Positions 39,912-55,400 of a stretch of DNA of 64,000 nucleotides are shown here, in pieces. How positions within the stretch are numbered: the first letter of the stretch is position 1; each line of letters starts with the position of its first letter. Origin of the DNA: Bugula neritina (lineage: Eukaryota > Animalia > Bryozoa); contig OZ037772.1 of NCBI GenBank assembly GCA_964035545.1, positions 6,928,889-6,992,888 on the forward strand, read 5' to 3'. The position numbers were made by a program, and so were the translations under genes. Under the pieces are notes generated by a model that saw nothing but the letters and a program-made list of their open reading frames with translations, was not told the DNA's origin and made no database searches.

Positions 39912-42900
39912 TCAATTTGTTCTAAACAGACGTAGCATCTTCTCACTCCAACAAGATAGAGCTAATATGTCATCTTTCACACTGATAGCTCCAACAATCT
40001 TTGGTAGCTTGTCATGAATCAGTTTTTCGAGTAGATTACCTGAAAATATACAACAAGCTTTGTACAAACCCTGCCAATATTTTATATAAAAAAAATTGGT
40101 GCATATTCATACACTTTTGAATTTATATAAGCAAAACTTCTACATTTAAAAATTGATATGCATTTTATGCACAATTATAGGATTTCAAAGTTCCTTAGAT
40201 AGCTTCTCGTGTAACTTCTCTATGCAAATTCAAAAAACTTTCAGAGTTATAGTTTTGCTAAGCAACAATTAATTGTAAAAAAGTTCTTAATGTATTATGT
40301 GATAACTGTTACATGGATTTAAACATATATAAACACATATATAACTAGATATGATTTTGCCCTTTTGCAGCTTCCGAAACAATAACTGAAAGTAAAGCGC
40401 AAAATTTCTACTATCTCAAACGGCTTCTTCAAGTTGTAACATGCGTGAGTCAAACTTTTTCATGAACATATATTTTGATGCAAAAGAAATTTTATTTTAA
40501 AAACCAATCACTTTGATGTGATTTTAATAAATAAAAAAGGCCAAGTTCCTATTTTTTGTGTCAAAGTATCTCGACAAGCTATATCTAGGTGTTTATAAAC
40601 CTCAGCACTACCATAATCAGTTAAAATAGTTAGAATTTAATGCAAAAAACAAAGCATACAACTTTCATCATTATTATATATACCTAATTATGGCTTTTGC
40701 ACAGTGTAATGTATTGTAGAAAGAGCTTACCTTTAGGTGAAATGATGTAAACAGCTTGTACGTTGTTTGCACAAACATAAATGAGACCATGAGAATCTGT
40801 CCAGACACCATATCCTTCTGTTACACCATCACATGTCCAGACTGTAGTCAGCTTCCCATTCTCTACTTTGTACTTGATCAGTTTATCTCCACCAACTCCT
40901 AGCAGATGACCATCTGGTAAAAAGTGTAGACCAACTGGATACACATTAGGATGAATAGTCTCTTTCTGTTTAGTAATGAAGTCATAGATGATCAGCTGTT
41001 TAGTATCTGGATGATTCACCACAACATATCTGTCAGAGACTGCCATTACTGCTGCAATAGTATCTGCTCTATCAAACTGAAACAGTTGTTGTCTCTTTGT
41101 GATGTCACCAGCTAAACACATCTCTACCTTAGATATGTCCCCTTCTCTGTGTAGAATGAAGACATTCTGAGGAGTCTCAATCACTCCTGATACTCTCTTC
41201 TCACTTGCACTGTATTCACTCAGCTCATTACCATCTCTACTCAGTAACTGTATTCCATTATGTGTACCTATGAGTATGTCACCTTCCTGTCTGTGATTGG
41301 CTGAAAAACACCACCCACTTGTCTCATGTTCAGATATGAATGTCAGTGAAGAAGGAACTGTTACTAGACTGATGTTCAGCAGTCTACTTGCGTCCTCACC
41401 TTCAATATATGATGTAAAACGGGTCATTTATGTATGTATGCATCTGACAAGTCATTCTTATGCAAAATAATGTTGCAAGCTTATTTTAAATTTATTAAGT
41501 AGACTAGCAACTTTGAAAATAATAGTTTGACCTAGTTTTTACAGCATGCTTTTCAAATTATTATTCAAATTGAAAGCCGTCTACAGTTTTGGTATTATCA
41601 ACATTTATAAAAAATTTAAAACATCACTGTCTCATTGTTATAATATATTGTGGTTTTATATTATCATTGTCATATAGCAGTAACTCAGTTAAATTTATAA
41701 TAATCTGTATCTGTTTTTGGTTACATTGACAAAGAAGATTTTGTTCATAAAAAGAAAATATTGCAGATGTTATGACTGCTAGTTTTCAGCAAAAGATTCT
41801 AACATAGAGGTTGACCAAGAATGAAACAATTGTATTCCATATCACATGTGCTCATGCAGCAACAACACTTCACTGTTGTACTCTATATCCCAAGATATGA
41901 TGTATACTCAAATATTATTGAACACTAGTGTAATAAGCACATTTTTATCAAGTGATATTGGTTTACTATATAAAATGCCTGGCAGATCACTCACACTGCA
42001 CTTAGGTTGTTATTCTAACATGTCTTTAGGAGTTAAGTATTTTCTCCTTAAGTGAGCAGTTAATTTATTTGATAAGCTTCGCTTGTATATAGTTGCAGTT
42101 AGTAAATATCAAATGCTTTGTTGAATATTATTTACATGCATAAGTTTTTCATTACAACTTTTGAGCTGCAAACATTCTGAGTAATGACTATTTAACATAA
42201 TTGAGATCATTATTCAAACATCTGCAGGCTATATTATACACACTATATTCTAATGTTTTGAACTATTTCTGTTTGAATTAATCTTTAGACAACTACTCTA
42301 TAAATTCATTATATTATTTTGCATATTTTATAGTCTTCGTATAATAAACCACAAGAAAAATATATTATATTCTCATTGTAAAGGTGTAGTAGCAATCACT
42401 TTGTATACTTGGGCTCTCTCAGGCCTTGTGGTTGACAAGGATTATCTTTTTTTGCAACCATTTTTATACTGAGATACCCTAATCAAAAATCTCACATTTA
42501 TATCAATTGTAAATATAGAGTGTCAGCTGCAGGAAACCAAAAGTTAGTAGAAAATAAATTTTTACTCTTTATTTTTGGTTGCATAAATTCCTGTAATTTA
42601 TATTTTATTTTCATACACTAATATTTAAACCATCTGAATTTATAATTTTTATCCAAATTTTCTTAATGTAGACTTTATCAAACATAATTTATTTAGGTTT
42701 TACGACCTATTATAGATCTGAAAGACTTTAAACATCTAGAATAAAGAGCGGTGAAACAACTCTATACAGCACACTGACACATTCGTGTAGATTCTAGTGC
42801 AACTATGATTTTATATAAAAACAACCAAAATCTTATATTATTGGCTGATTTTGAAATAGTTGCAAGACAATAAAAAAGAAAATCTTGTAGCTGTGTCTGT

Positions 42901-45900
42901 CCTAACAGATTTTGATAACAGGAACTGAAACTATGCTGAAGTTACAATAACTAGCTAATTGTTCCCAGTCTACACAGAGTTTTTGAATTGATAATTATTA
43001 ATTTGTATTACCATTTTTGCTATATAGTCTATTCGGTAAATTACTGTGCAGGACCTGCCAGAATATGGAAGGAGAGAAATAAAATATAATTCACTAACAA
43101 TATGCTTTATAACTTTATGACTTCATTAAAGAATTTTGAAATGAAGCAGATTTGCATAGCATACCTCTTATTTTTATTTGAAAAAAAAAACCTTTATATA
43201 CCTCAGAATGGCAAAATAATAGTTTTCTGTGTTAACAGCTTACCTGTGTGTATCAGAGTTGGTGGATCAGCAAGTTCACAATCATCAAGTTTATCCGCAT
43301 CATGTCTGTTCATCTCTTCTGTTATTCTCTTCTTCTGTCTGATCTTCTCAGTCACATGACCATCTTTTAGAAGACCAGTTAACTCAGCTTGAGTTTTTTT
43401 CAACCCATCTTCTTTTGTCATCAGCTTGGTGTGAAAGCCTTCAACATTAGCTGTCATTTTTCCTTTGTGGTTTATAACTTTGTCTATCATTCCTTGACTC
43501 TCCAGCCTTATTTTTTGTATCTGCATAAAATATATAACCAGTTTTTTACCATTTCTAATTGTCAACTGATTTCCAGAACATTGAGCAAAGATTTCCATGT
43601 TGACAATAACCATTATATTATTGTCTCTCAAATATATAAAACATGAAGCTTCATATAGGGATTTGTAAATAGTGAATGCAACCATATTTGAAAGTGTCAT
43701 GCAATCTGGTTAAATTTCTGGCATGTTTTTTGAAAACTTGTCTAGTAGATTTAAACACTGCTTAAGTTCATGAACGTTTTTGTCCTCTGAGAAGGCTAAT
43801 AATCTTATCATAATATGATCTGCCATTAGGTAATTCTTTGTTATGAAAAGAACATTTATTTTTATATTGAAATACTTCCAGAAAATAATTCCATAGAATG
43901 ACTGTACCCACCATCTCATCTCTAACTGTTTCTATCTCTGCTGCCATGGCTCCACACTTCTCTTCCTGAACATTTAACTCTTTCCACGCTTTCTTGTCCA
44001 GAAAATACACTTCATCTATCTTCTGTGATATTGTCTCTAGCTTCCCTCTGAGATATTCATTTACTTCAACTTTCAGGGATGTAAGAGACTTGAAGTCATG
44101 TTGACCTCCATCTAAAATGTACAGCAAAATTTTATCACAGCGTTTTTTAATAATGACTGTATACATGAAAAACTATATCTTACTCTATTTTTGAACAAAG
44201 TATATGTGACCCCTCACGACAAAACCGGGAACTTGGCGGCATTCATGAAGTGTAGTAAATGAAGGTTAAATTTTGAAAAACCAAAAATTGAAATTGTTTG
44301 CCAGTTTTTAAATTTTAAAATTTTCTTATACAGAAAAACTCAAGGATTTCAAATATCATATTTTCGCAAGCATTTGCTAATTCCTTCAACCTCAAAATCA
44401 ACTCTAAAGTTGGTAACTATGCATTAAATATTTCTTCAAAATGGCGGATCGTAGTCAAGTTAACTCGGAGTTATCATTACTATTACGAAAATGAAATTAA
44501 AACATTTCATAGCGCGGAATCCTACAAATAATTCTTTGTTTAATAAAGGTAGCTCTTGCATTCTCCTCGCATGATAGGAAGCCTACTTCTGAAACTAAGT
44601 TTAGTATTAGCTATTTTTGGCGCTGGCTGCAAAGATTAAGTTAGCTTTTAACGCAACTAATTTCCTTAGCTGTAGTTTAATATTGATCTTTATCTTTGGA
44701 CTTTATGATTAAATCACTACAAAACAGGTAATTATACTGAAAATAGCTCATTTACGCTACTAAATAATTATATAACTTACTAGTAGTTATTAACTTATAC
44801 TTATAGTTAAAGTTATACTTCTACTTCTAATGTTGTAGTTGTTGAATTTAATAATAATATTATTATTAATAATCATGATTAAAATATCATAATCAATCCG
44901 AGTTATATGCTTATTAAGTTATTTTTATTAATAAATAATAATAGTATTACATTTTCATTTTGATTTAGTGATTTACTCTAGCCTATGTAGGTCAAATGCT
45001 TTCTAATTCTTGACTTTCATTTTTAACAGTTGATGCTAAAAAGATGATATTTTTAACTTGAAATTTTTAGTATTGAGTGTTTTATTTTTATTCAAAATTA
45101 AATGCTCATACTCACATTGATAATACTATTAAATAGGGTTCAGTATTACACTAATACTATTAGTAATTCTTTCAGTTAGTTCTTGTGATAATCTTATTGA
45201 ATATTATATTATTATGATCATTAACTTGAAGTTCATAGTATTAAATGTTCATTTTCATATTGATTATTTATAGAAATTTTAAGTCTGGGCATGTTAAGTG
45301 GTCCACAGTCAGCGGAGCGCCACTTTTATATTGAATATGAATAATCTATACATAATCTATACTCATACTGAAATATCGAATGTGATTCAATTTGAATAAG
45401 TTCAAGTATAATAATAATATTCATAATAACAGTGATTAAGATCTTTAAGAGTGAAACAATAATAATGATGTCAAAATCAAGTCACTTGTTGTTAGTCACT
45501 GTCAGCCTAACACTTACAGCTACCCTTAGTTTAAATCTTATAGTTATCTATGACTATTAGAATACATCACTTTTATCATGCAAGACTTTCCAGTTTCAAA
45601 ATAGAATTGGAGTACTACAACTACTTATGCTGATTTATTTATATCTAAGTAAATAATTGAATTTAAATTGGTTTTGCAGTAGCTATATTTAGTAGGTTTT
45701 GTTGCTACTTGGCTAGCTCTGTCTACTCACTTTGAATTGAATGTTAAATAGTATATTGATTAGTTAGTTGTTTTATTTTTCAAATGCAAGCTCATTGCTT
45801 TAGTACTACAGATTCAAACATGCTAAATATTCAAATGACTTAATTTTTTATGGCAATAGGAAAAGAAAATATTAATATTACTACATCATGATTATTATTC

Positions 45901-48900
45901 AAGAATATAACATTGTTTCCATTTTAGGAAAGTGAAGATGTGAGGGCAACATGATGGAACTTGTCGATGAGGTGCTGTTTGGTATGTCGCCTATACAGCT
46001 CAAGAGCATGCCGCATATAACCTATCATTCTTACACTTGTGATCCGGACTCCCTGCATTTGGAGAGCTACCGCTTGCAAGCTTATAGCTTCTGCTAACTT
46101 TACTCGAAAAAAGGTGTCTAGTATTTCATTATGCTCAAAAATTTTATAAATAACTAGTTTGCAAACGTGCCTTCAAACTCGCTATAAACTTAAATGTTGA
46201 GAAATTGCTCAATAATTATTAGCTGCTGTAATATAGTAGTTAAATGGTGTTAAAACAATTACATTTTATAGCCAGATTTAATTTCTAATGCACTATTGTT
46301 CTCTTTTATAATCTAAAAATAAGTTTAATGTTACAATTGCAGGTCTAAGTGGCTATAGATGAACAGGGTAGATTTATAGTAACAGCATCTATTAACTTTG
46401 ACTACTGGAATATCGTTTGTAGCAGCAATTAAGCTCTTGGTTATGTGCTTATACTCTGTAAACTCACGCTATGAAGAACAAGGACATAGATTCAGAGACC
46501 ATACGAACCACCTAAGCAGTCTTTCTGCTATATGAATTAATTTAAGTTTCATTTATGCTGAATTTCTACACTTTTATCTGTTTATAATAATTGATTTGAA
46601 GATTAAAAATAACTTTTACCTCATTTTCTTGTATGGATACTCAATATCTCAACTGATTCCCTATGTGTAACTTTTGATCACTCTACATTGTAACTGTATG
46701 ACTGAATAAATTTTGTATAATATTGTAATAATTGAATGATTCTCTCATATGATTTTTACGCACTAAACAATTGATACTATCGAATGGCATGGCTCAATAG
46801 CTACAGTTGGACATGTTACATGAGATATTAATAGTGAGGGAAATAGCAAACGTAAAACAGGAAATGGCTGCCATTTTGTTTCATACGACACCTAGTTAGC
46901 ATAGTTGGTTCAAATGAATGTCGGTGCAAAAAAGTGCTTAAAGGTCCTTATATGTGCTGAAAGTAGCAAAATTTTCAACTGTTATCACAATTTAATAGCT
47001 ATTCGGGAAAATAAAGTTACAACAAGTTTGGCGGCCATCTTTGACCTAATTTTTTGTTTAGGAAACGTAAAAACTGGTTGAGCTGAAAGCCCATACTTAA
47101 ACAAATGTTTTGATACCAAATTTGTCCAGTTTGCTAGAATAAAAAAGCCCGTTGCTAAGGCTTGACAAATGTAAACAAATAATCCATAAATTATTCCAGA
47201 CCTCCTTACTTTAAAAGCGAATTTCTCAAAAACGAAAATTGACTGTTTTAAAAACGCCAAGGCTTTTGAATATCAATATCTCGAGTTCTATTTGCACTAG
47301 AGACTTCAAACAAATTGCAAAATGATTGCAAAGATCTGCTCTTTAACTTTGTACTGATAACTCAATTTTGAAAGACTGACCAACGTTCCCTGTTTTGTGG
47401 TGGGAGGTCACATATATGGTGTGATCTTGAAATAGAATTTTTGTCTTAGCTTGGATAATATGCACAGTGTTAGAGTTGTTATATATTGTACTTAAAACAC
47501 AATAAATAGTAAAGTGATGTCTTAACTAGAAAGAGTAAGCAAAGCAACTGACTTTAAAAAGAAATTTTCAACAGCAAAGAAAAGCACCAGAACAATGTTT
47601 TCATCATTTTGAAATACGTATTTTTAATCTTAGCCATTTACAAAATATAGGAGAAAGAATATTTTTTAAATTTCTTAATTTCAGGAAGCCAAAACTAGTG
47701 CTACTTAGAAAGTGTGAAGTGTTATAATGAATATCTCCATTGTGTTAGCCACAAAATATGAAATATGCCTCTATGGCACCACTAAACATAGCTTTCCTTT
47801 CTATGATAATAATGATCAGAGGCTCTAGCTACTTTGAAAACTCTGGCAGAATCTGCTCATGCATCATAGGAGATTTTATATGCTCTAAGTAAATACTTAG
47901 TAAATACTAAGTAAATACTAAGTCATCATTAATTTATTAACATTCAATATGAAGTAGTCAGAGTAACTGAAGAACTTCACATGTGTTATATAGTCAGCTC
48001 AACAAATACAGCTGGTGATACTGCAGTAAGAAGGACCAAATAGCACTTCAACTTCTGTGTTTATTAGCAACTGCTTATTAACAGGTAATATCTAGAATAA
48101 TTAACTTTCCTAAATAGTTAGCAAGTTACTACAATATTACCTGTGCAGTCTTCCCCATCAATCTCGCACTCAAAGCAGATCAGTTTGTCACACTTCTTGC
48201 AAGCTCTCACCAGAACCTCTTGATGATGTTCACATCTAGGTTTATTGAAGTTTGTTGGTGAGCTCTTGTAGATATCAATGCCCACTGTTCTGTGAGCCTT
48301 ACCAAGAAACGTCTTATGGACCTACAGCAATAATATAAAAAGCAACTTAAAATAACATATTTACAATGGTAAAATTATAGAAAAATCAAATTCATTCATT
48401 CATGCACCTATACATACATCAAAACCTGTACTGGCGTGTAATTAAAGTCACTCGTTGATTTTGTCTGTAAAGTAAGTGGATTTATAAAGAATATTTTAAT
48501 GCTGTCAATGAATCAATTTGGAGATACAGTATAGTTGAACTATATTATACCTGCTGATGTTGAAAACAGAACATAACTTCACACTTCACACAGTAACAGA
48601 CAGCTATTTGACCTTGACATCCCTGAGCTGTACAGTACAGAGTATCAGAATCACCAGTTTCTATGGTGACCTTTGGTAGACCTTCAATCTCTACTGAGCC
48701 ATACAATTCACTGTAACATATCATTGAGTCAACTATATAGCTTTCAAAGATTTGTGTGTGCATTAAACTTGAATAATATTTTCGAAATAACAGCCCATTC
48801 TATTATCACTTTAAGTGTACTAAGTGTACTTACCCACAAGTAGGGCAGGTCACAGTGTGTGGCTTTAAGTGTTTAAAATGAAATTTCTGACTAGTTTATT

Positions 48901-49248
48901 TCAAATTAATTAACATAGTTAAACAACCCCCTCTCGCACAGTTGGGTGTAGCTAATTCAAAAATTTTCAATTGGGCATAACTTTTTGTACTAAACTCGTA
49001 TCAGAGATTTACAAGGTTATAGCATAATTTGTAACATCATAAGCATGTAAATAACAATGTGTAGCTTATATACTTAATACTCACCCACAAGTAGGGCAGG
49101 TCACAGTTCTATGTTTACTGTAATGTCCTTGAATACAACTCAAACAGAATACATGCTGACAAGGCAGCTCTCTTGGATCTCTTATATCATCTCTCTTAGA
49201 GACACAATAACCACACTCATACCATTCTGGTAGTTGCTGGGCAGCCAT
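39912..49248 (-). CDS. TRIM-like E3 ubiquitin ligase copy C, intact, 592 aa (RING-BB1-BB2-coiled coil-NHL-like beta-propeller)
   Basis: Exons 49248-49085, 48710-48551, 48321-48141, 44111-43912, 43520-43244, 41399-40731, 40039-39912; all GT-AG, 1779 nt open. RING CGYC..CQHVFCLSC..CPTC, B-box1 CTAQGC..CVKC..CFQH..H, B-box2 CEHH..CKKC..CFEC. Confidence 0.92.
44205..47412. mobile_element. Unclassified 3.2-kb TIR DNA transposon with 4-bp TATA target-site duplication
   Basis: Imperfect ~28-bp TIRs TGTGACCCCTCACGACAAAACCGGGAAC and GTTCCCTGTTTTGTGGTGGGAGGTCACA. TATA at 44201-44204 and 47413-47416. The empty site AAAGTACATGG is seen in copy B near 29913. Confidence 0.88.
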
Positions 49249-49409
49249 CTTTCCTAATTTCTGACCTACAACAACAAAGCACTCATATTTTTTTAAACAG
49301 CCTGCATGCTCTTATGCTGTTATCATTCTGTAAATTTTATAAACAAAAAAGCCATATTTTTTCAAACTGTAATACTTTTTTATACTATTTCAAGTCAGTA
49401 AAATTATCA

Positions 49410-49456
49410 ACTATTGACTATCGACTATCTACTATAATCGACTATCGACTATCAAC
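49410..49456. repeat. Short (ACTATCG)n-like tandem repeat in the 5' UTR intron of copy C
   Basis: actattg actatcg actatct actataatcg actatcg actatca. Confidence 0.8.
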
Positions 49457-52400
49457 ACTAACAGAAAAATTGAAAACTCACCTTTTCAGATTTCAAATTG
49501 AAGTTACAGTAGTTAGTACGTGGCTATACTAAAGCAGTTGACTGTGAATTGGGTTAGTTACAGAGCACAGTGGGCAGTTTTCTTTTATCAGTGTAGCCTC
49601 TGTTCTTATTTCAGCTCTATGCCGATACTAGAAGTTATAATAAGAACTAGTTGGCTAGAATTACACAGTTGCTTGTATTCAGTCTATATGTGAATTCCCC
49701 AGTTTATAAACCAGATATATTATGTTTACATTTTTATTGAGTTAACAGTTTAGTATCAAGATCATCTGATCATGTCATGTGAGCAAAGGTCAGGTGATAA
49801 GGAACAAAGGTCAGGAGATAAGGAGCAATGTTATTTCTATCATATATAGCCTTTCCTCCTTATTTAAGCACTATATTTCTTATTAATGCATCAAGGTAGA
49901 CTTACTAACTAAAACTGCTATATTTGAGAGTACTCAGGCTGAAGTATAAACTGATAAACCTGTATCATTCAAGTCATGCTGCTATAGTTTACATATTATT
50001 ATTATATTGCAAGCAGAGTTTTCCATATCCTGCTACAATAAAACACCATCATAATATAATCACAGCACCAGTATTTAGTCTATATTTTATATTTATCACT
50101 GGGAGAATGCTTAGTCATGGGTGTCAGCAATCATCATTCTTTAACTGACTGCTGTCTGCCAGTTGTTTACTCAATATTAAGAAAGTTGTTTGCTGCTGTT
50201 GACTAATATCCAAAGATAACTTTTGTAAAAGTGTGAGCAGTAATGTGAATTATAATTCGAAAGATGTTTTCATATATTATCTAACAAAATAAAATCACAG
50301 AATATCCGTTATTTCTTCTTAAGTATCATTTAATTAGACTCTGAAGAAAACACCACTCAGAGTAGTATTGTTACTCGTATACTGTAGAGATAGAGGATAG
50401 TATAATAGGTGGCAAAATAGTCACTGTATTTTAGATTAATTGACTTCGATAGACTTTATTGATAGTTTCATATCCTAATCACATTGACCTAACTTAACAT
50501 ACATCCTGTTTTCAATAGTTAAACAGTTTTATTAGGTATAATAATATTATTAGCACTTTGAGCCATAACTATACAGAGCCTCATATGTCTGCATATTTTA
50601 TGAGCTAATGATGATTTTAATAAAATTGCAGTATAGTTAATCAAAGCACTATTAAAATTACATAATTCCCATATGCAAAACTGATGGAATAGTAGTCAAT
50701 TCAGAGTATAATTTCAAACTCTAAATCTCTTCCCTATATTCTATACAACGCAAGTAAGTGTGAATGTGACTTGCCAATGGATAATGTGCATTTTTATAAA
50801 ATAAATTAAAAATGTAATTAATGTAGTCAGTGTAAAGAAACGGCATGATTTTTTTTATCTAGTTTTGGAATTATCTTTTAATCTTGGAATATTCCAATGC
50901 AAATAATTTAAAAGATTTTGACTGAATCTTACTGAAGGCAGTAGGAAAGTAGTTCATGAGTTCAGCTTGAAAAAGCTTGACAAAATGATAGCTGCATCTT
51001 TGCTAACATCTGTTGGTATTTATATGTAACTCAATGATAGTATAGCTTTATTACTTACAACAAGAAATTAAAAGCAAATACATCATTGATGCTTTATGTG
51101 GAAGATTGTTGTCGAGAAATATTACCATCATCTAAGGCCACTTGCATAATATGATGCAGTTTTCTAAATAGAAAATATTATGATTAATAAATTATTCATT
51201 TATAAGGCTTGCTGAGTTTGCAATAGGAATTTATGTACTGTATATACCCAAATGCTTAAAGCATACTTTTTGATATTTCTAATATATTAATACAAAAATC
51301 ATGTCATAGCTGAGTGCTGCATGAAGTCAAAACAAAATAATTTATGCACAATTAAATGTAGTTTTATAACAATGTCTATAATTGATGGAAATTTAATCCC
51401 TTCTGTGTTATAAACTAAACCTTTGTATTTTTCAAAGCAAATATTATATAGAATAAGTTGTGAACTGTATGAATTCAGGATTTTGATAATCATATATTAA
51501 CTGACTAACATTCCAATATACTGACCGTGTGAGTAGTTTATTAAGCAACCCAAGTTATAACCTTACATCCTAGTTAACTTATTTATTTACACTCTGTGCA
51601 CTTGAATGTCTTCTAATAGTCAACTCTGCAAGAATTCTTACAAATCCATGTATCAGGTAAAAATTCCTGTATTTTGCCAAACATTTATAATTTTAGATAC
51701 AATAATTATATTTAAAAAACACATTATCTACTCAATTTAGCTTGCAAAAATGTTATAATCATTTATAGGTAATAAAAAATATACCAGCAGTTGTAGCACT
51801 ATACATATTTATAAGACACCAACTTGCAATACTCATAACTAGTGAAGTGCTTTAATTGCTTCTCTTTAATATAAATCAAAGAATGAGTGTAGAAATCAAT
51901 CTAAACAGATTGCATGTGACATAGCATTTAATGCAAACATAGTTATAAAGTAAACATAATTGAAGAAATCAAATGTAGACATTACTGTATTCTAAACAGG
52001 CACAGCTTCCCATCACTCCAGCAAGGAACAGCTATTACACAGTCTCTTATACTGGTAGATCCAGGTACTTTGGGAAGCTTGTCATGAACCAGTTTTTTCA
52101 GCAACTTACCTGTAAAATATAATCAAAAAAATGTTGCATGTGAGCAGTGCCAATATTCTTTTAGCAAAGCAAGAAATATCACAAATATCAGCATATTTTT
52201 AGTGTCCCCTGATAGCCTTCTTTTTATGAACATAGATCATATACCACCAACACATATATTTATAAAGCAGAAGATGTTTTATCTTAGTAAAACATGGAAT
52301 TCTAGTATAACTTCAGATTGACAGAGAATGTTTTTACATTTGGAAAAATTATATGTATGGAAACTGTTGATATATATTAGCAGAATGCATAAACATGGGA

Positions 52401-55400
52401 ATATGATTTTTTAAAAAGTGATGAAACTTTCAGCTATTGCAAATTTACCAGAGGGTAGGAAACTATTTCACCTTTTCTAGCTATTTACATGTTAAATTAG
52501 TTAATTGAGTTCTCAAATTACTACTTTATAGAAAGTCTTACCCACAGGAGAGATGATGTAAACAGTTTTTAAATTATTTTTTGTACAAATATAGATGAGT
52601 CCATTAGGGTCAGAGCAGACTTTACTGCCATCTGTTACATCATCACATGTCCAGACTGTAGCCAGCTTCCCATTTTCTATTTTGTATTTTATCAGTTTAT
52701 CTTCACCAACTCCTAGCAGATGACCAACTGATAGAAAGTGTAGACCAACTGGAAACACATCAGGATGAATAGTCTCTGTCTGTTTAGTGATGAAGTCATA
52801 GATGATCAGCTGTTTAGTATCTGGATGATTCACCACAACATATCTGTCAGAGACTGCCATTACTGCTCCAGTGTTACTTGTTCTTTCAAGCTGAACCATT
52901 TTGTGTCTTTTCGTGATGTCACCAGCTAAACACATCTCTACATTTTCTATTTTACCAACACCATGTAGAATAAAGACATTCTGGAGAGCCCTAATCACTC
53001 CAGTCACTCCATCTTCACTTGTACTGTAGCCAGTCAATTTATGATGTCTTTGCTTTAGTAACTGTATTCCATTATGAGTACCTATGAGTATGTCACCATC
53101 TTGTCTGTGATTGGCTGAGTAACATGAACCATCTGTATTATGTTCAGTTATGAATGTCAATGATGAAGGAACTGTTACTAGACTGATGTTCAGTAGTCCA
53201 CTGGTGTTCTGACCTGTAAGGCGTTATGTACAGATATGTACAGCATAGGTATTTATGAGAACTGACTGTTTATAAAATCATTTTTTTCAATTTCACTACA
53301 TAAAACTAGGTTAAGTTATAACACATAATGTAAAATATGATTATTTAAAGTAATATGTCAACTTCAACAACTTATATGTTTATTACTTGAAACAACTGTA
53401 AAAAAAATTCTTAGTATTTTAGTATACGATCTATAGAGGAAACATATCTACATAGTATACAACAGCATTTATGTGATACCAGTAACATAATATTATATAG
53501 TGTCATTGTTTTACACTATCATTTTATATAAACGTGCTGTTGACTAGTATATATACTATTATTCGATCACATCTTTAACATCATAAGTTAGCTCTTAACT
53601 AAGCTTATTCTCTGTTTTAACTGCTACAGTTTCATTCTAATAAAAGAAATTACAACTTTAGTTCAATAAACAGTGATTAAACACTTAATTTATGAAGTGT
53701 TAGAAAGTTCTGAATTAAACTGTCTGTTGCAATCTGTAATATATATGTACTTATATATTGAGCACAAGTCAATCATTTGTATTACTTTACTGCATAATAA
53801 TATACAATGCCTGTTTAGTGACAAACATTCTGTTTCATTCAAAACCAGTTTGATAACCAGATAGTAAGTACAAGCTTTGATAATAATAGCACGTTAAATT
53901 ACATAGCCTATAAAGAAATACAGTGCCGTTCTGACACAAGAAAATCATTTGATTATAAACTATATTTAAAAAAGGTTTTTTTGGTAGGATCATATGAGGG
54001 ACTGTTTTTTTTCTCTGTCTCCACAGATTTTCTGAATTGGAATTACTATTTTTATTACTATTTTTTTCAGTTAATCTATTAAAATTTGTGTAAATGCTTG
54101 TCAAAATTCAGAAGGAAAACTGAAATATCACTTATTTTAGTTCTGAAACGTTTCAAAAACTGGCAATGTGAAATGAGGAAGATTTACAAAGCATAAGTTG
54201 ATATTTTCTTCTACAAGTAGTTGTAAAACACAAACTAGAGTCTAGATCTTACAATCTGGCCCGGCAATAACTTTTTTCACTGACAGCTTACCTGTCTGTA
54301 TCAGAGTTGGTGGATCAGCAAGTTCACAATCATCCAGTCCTTCTGCATCATGTCTCTCTAGCTCTCCTGTAATTGTCTTTTTCTGTTTAATCTGCTCTGT
54401 CACATGACCATCTTTTAGCAGACGAGTTAACTCAGCATGAATTTTCTTTAACTCCTCTGTTTTTACCATCAGCTTGTTGTAAAATTCTTCCACCTGATTA
54501 GACACTTTTCTTTTGTGATCTAAAACTCTTTCTATCATCTGTCGACTCTCTTCCAGTATTCTTAGTATCTATAAGTTGATGGAGCATTAAACAACAGTAC
54601 TTGGATGTATGTTAGTATATTTAGCATTCAATTGTTTAGCATTATCTTTAGGACAGACTCCTATAACCTTGTGGTACAAAAAAAAAATTATATTAAGAAG
54701 AAGTAGTAATTTTTTGTATGGAAAAAGAGTTTTCTGAAAAGCACAATTAGATTTAAAGCAGTGAAATCAAATTAATCTGCACTTCTCCATGCTATGTGAA
54801 ACGTTTTGTGTTGGGATATTTTCATAATTTCATAATTCAAATTACTTTGTTTTTTTTAAGAACTGGTATTATGTGTATAATTGATTTTTTTTTCAATAAT
54901 TTGCATGTTAAATGTTAGATTGTATTGTTCCAAATATTATTTCCTTGTAACAAACAGCTTCTGTACAAATTTCTCGATTAACCTCTCACCATCTCATTTT
55001 TAACTCTTTCTATCTCTGCTATAATATCTCCACATTTCTCTTCCTGAACATCTAACTCTGTCCATGCCTTCTTGTCCAGAGAATACACTTCATCTATTTT
55101 CTGTGATACTGTATCCAGCTGATTTTTGAGATAATTATTTACCTCCACTTTCAATGATGTGAAAGATTTGAAGTTATGTTGGCCTCTATCTATGATGACC
55201 ACCAGCAGTTTGGTGACAGTTTAAAATATGTATTATAGCTGCAGAGCGGTTTCATTTAGTTTTTAAGCTACATGCACAGCTGCTTTTGTAAAATTTTCAT
55301 TTTCGTACCACAAATTATAAAATGATGTTTCACGCAGAATTTCAAATAATGGATCTGTAGTATCTGTAGTGCAACACCGAAAGTTTAACAATTGTTATCT

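Noticed and set aside
39912-49248. Assigning a vertebrate symbol such as TRIM2, TRIM3, TRIM56 or TRIM71
   Set aside because: Architecture is similar, but there is no filamin domain and the propeller lacks canonical NHL repeats; orthology cannot be supported.
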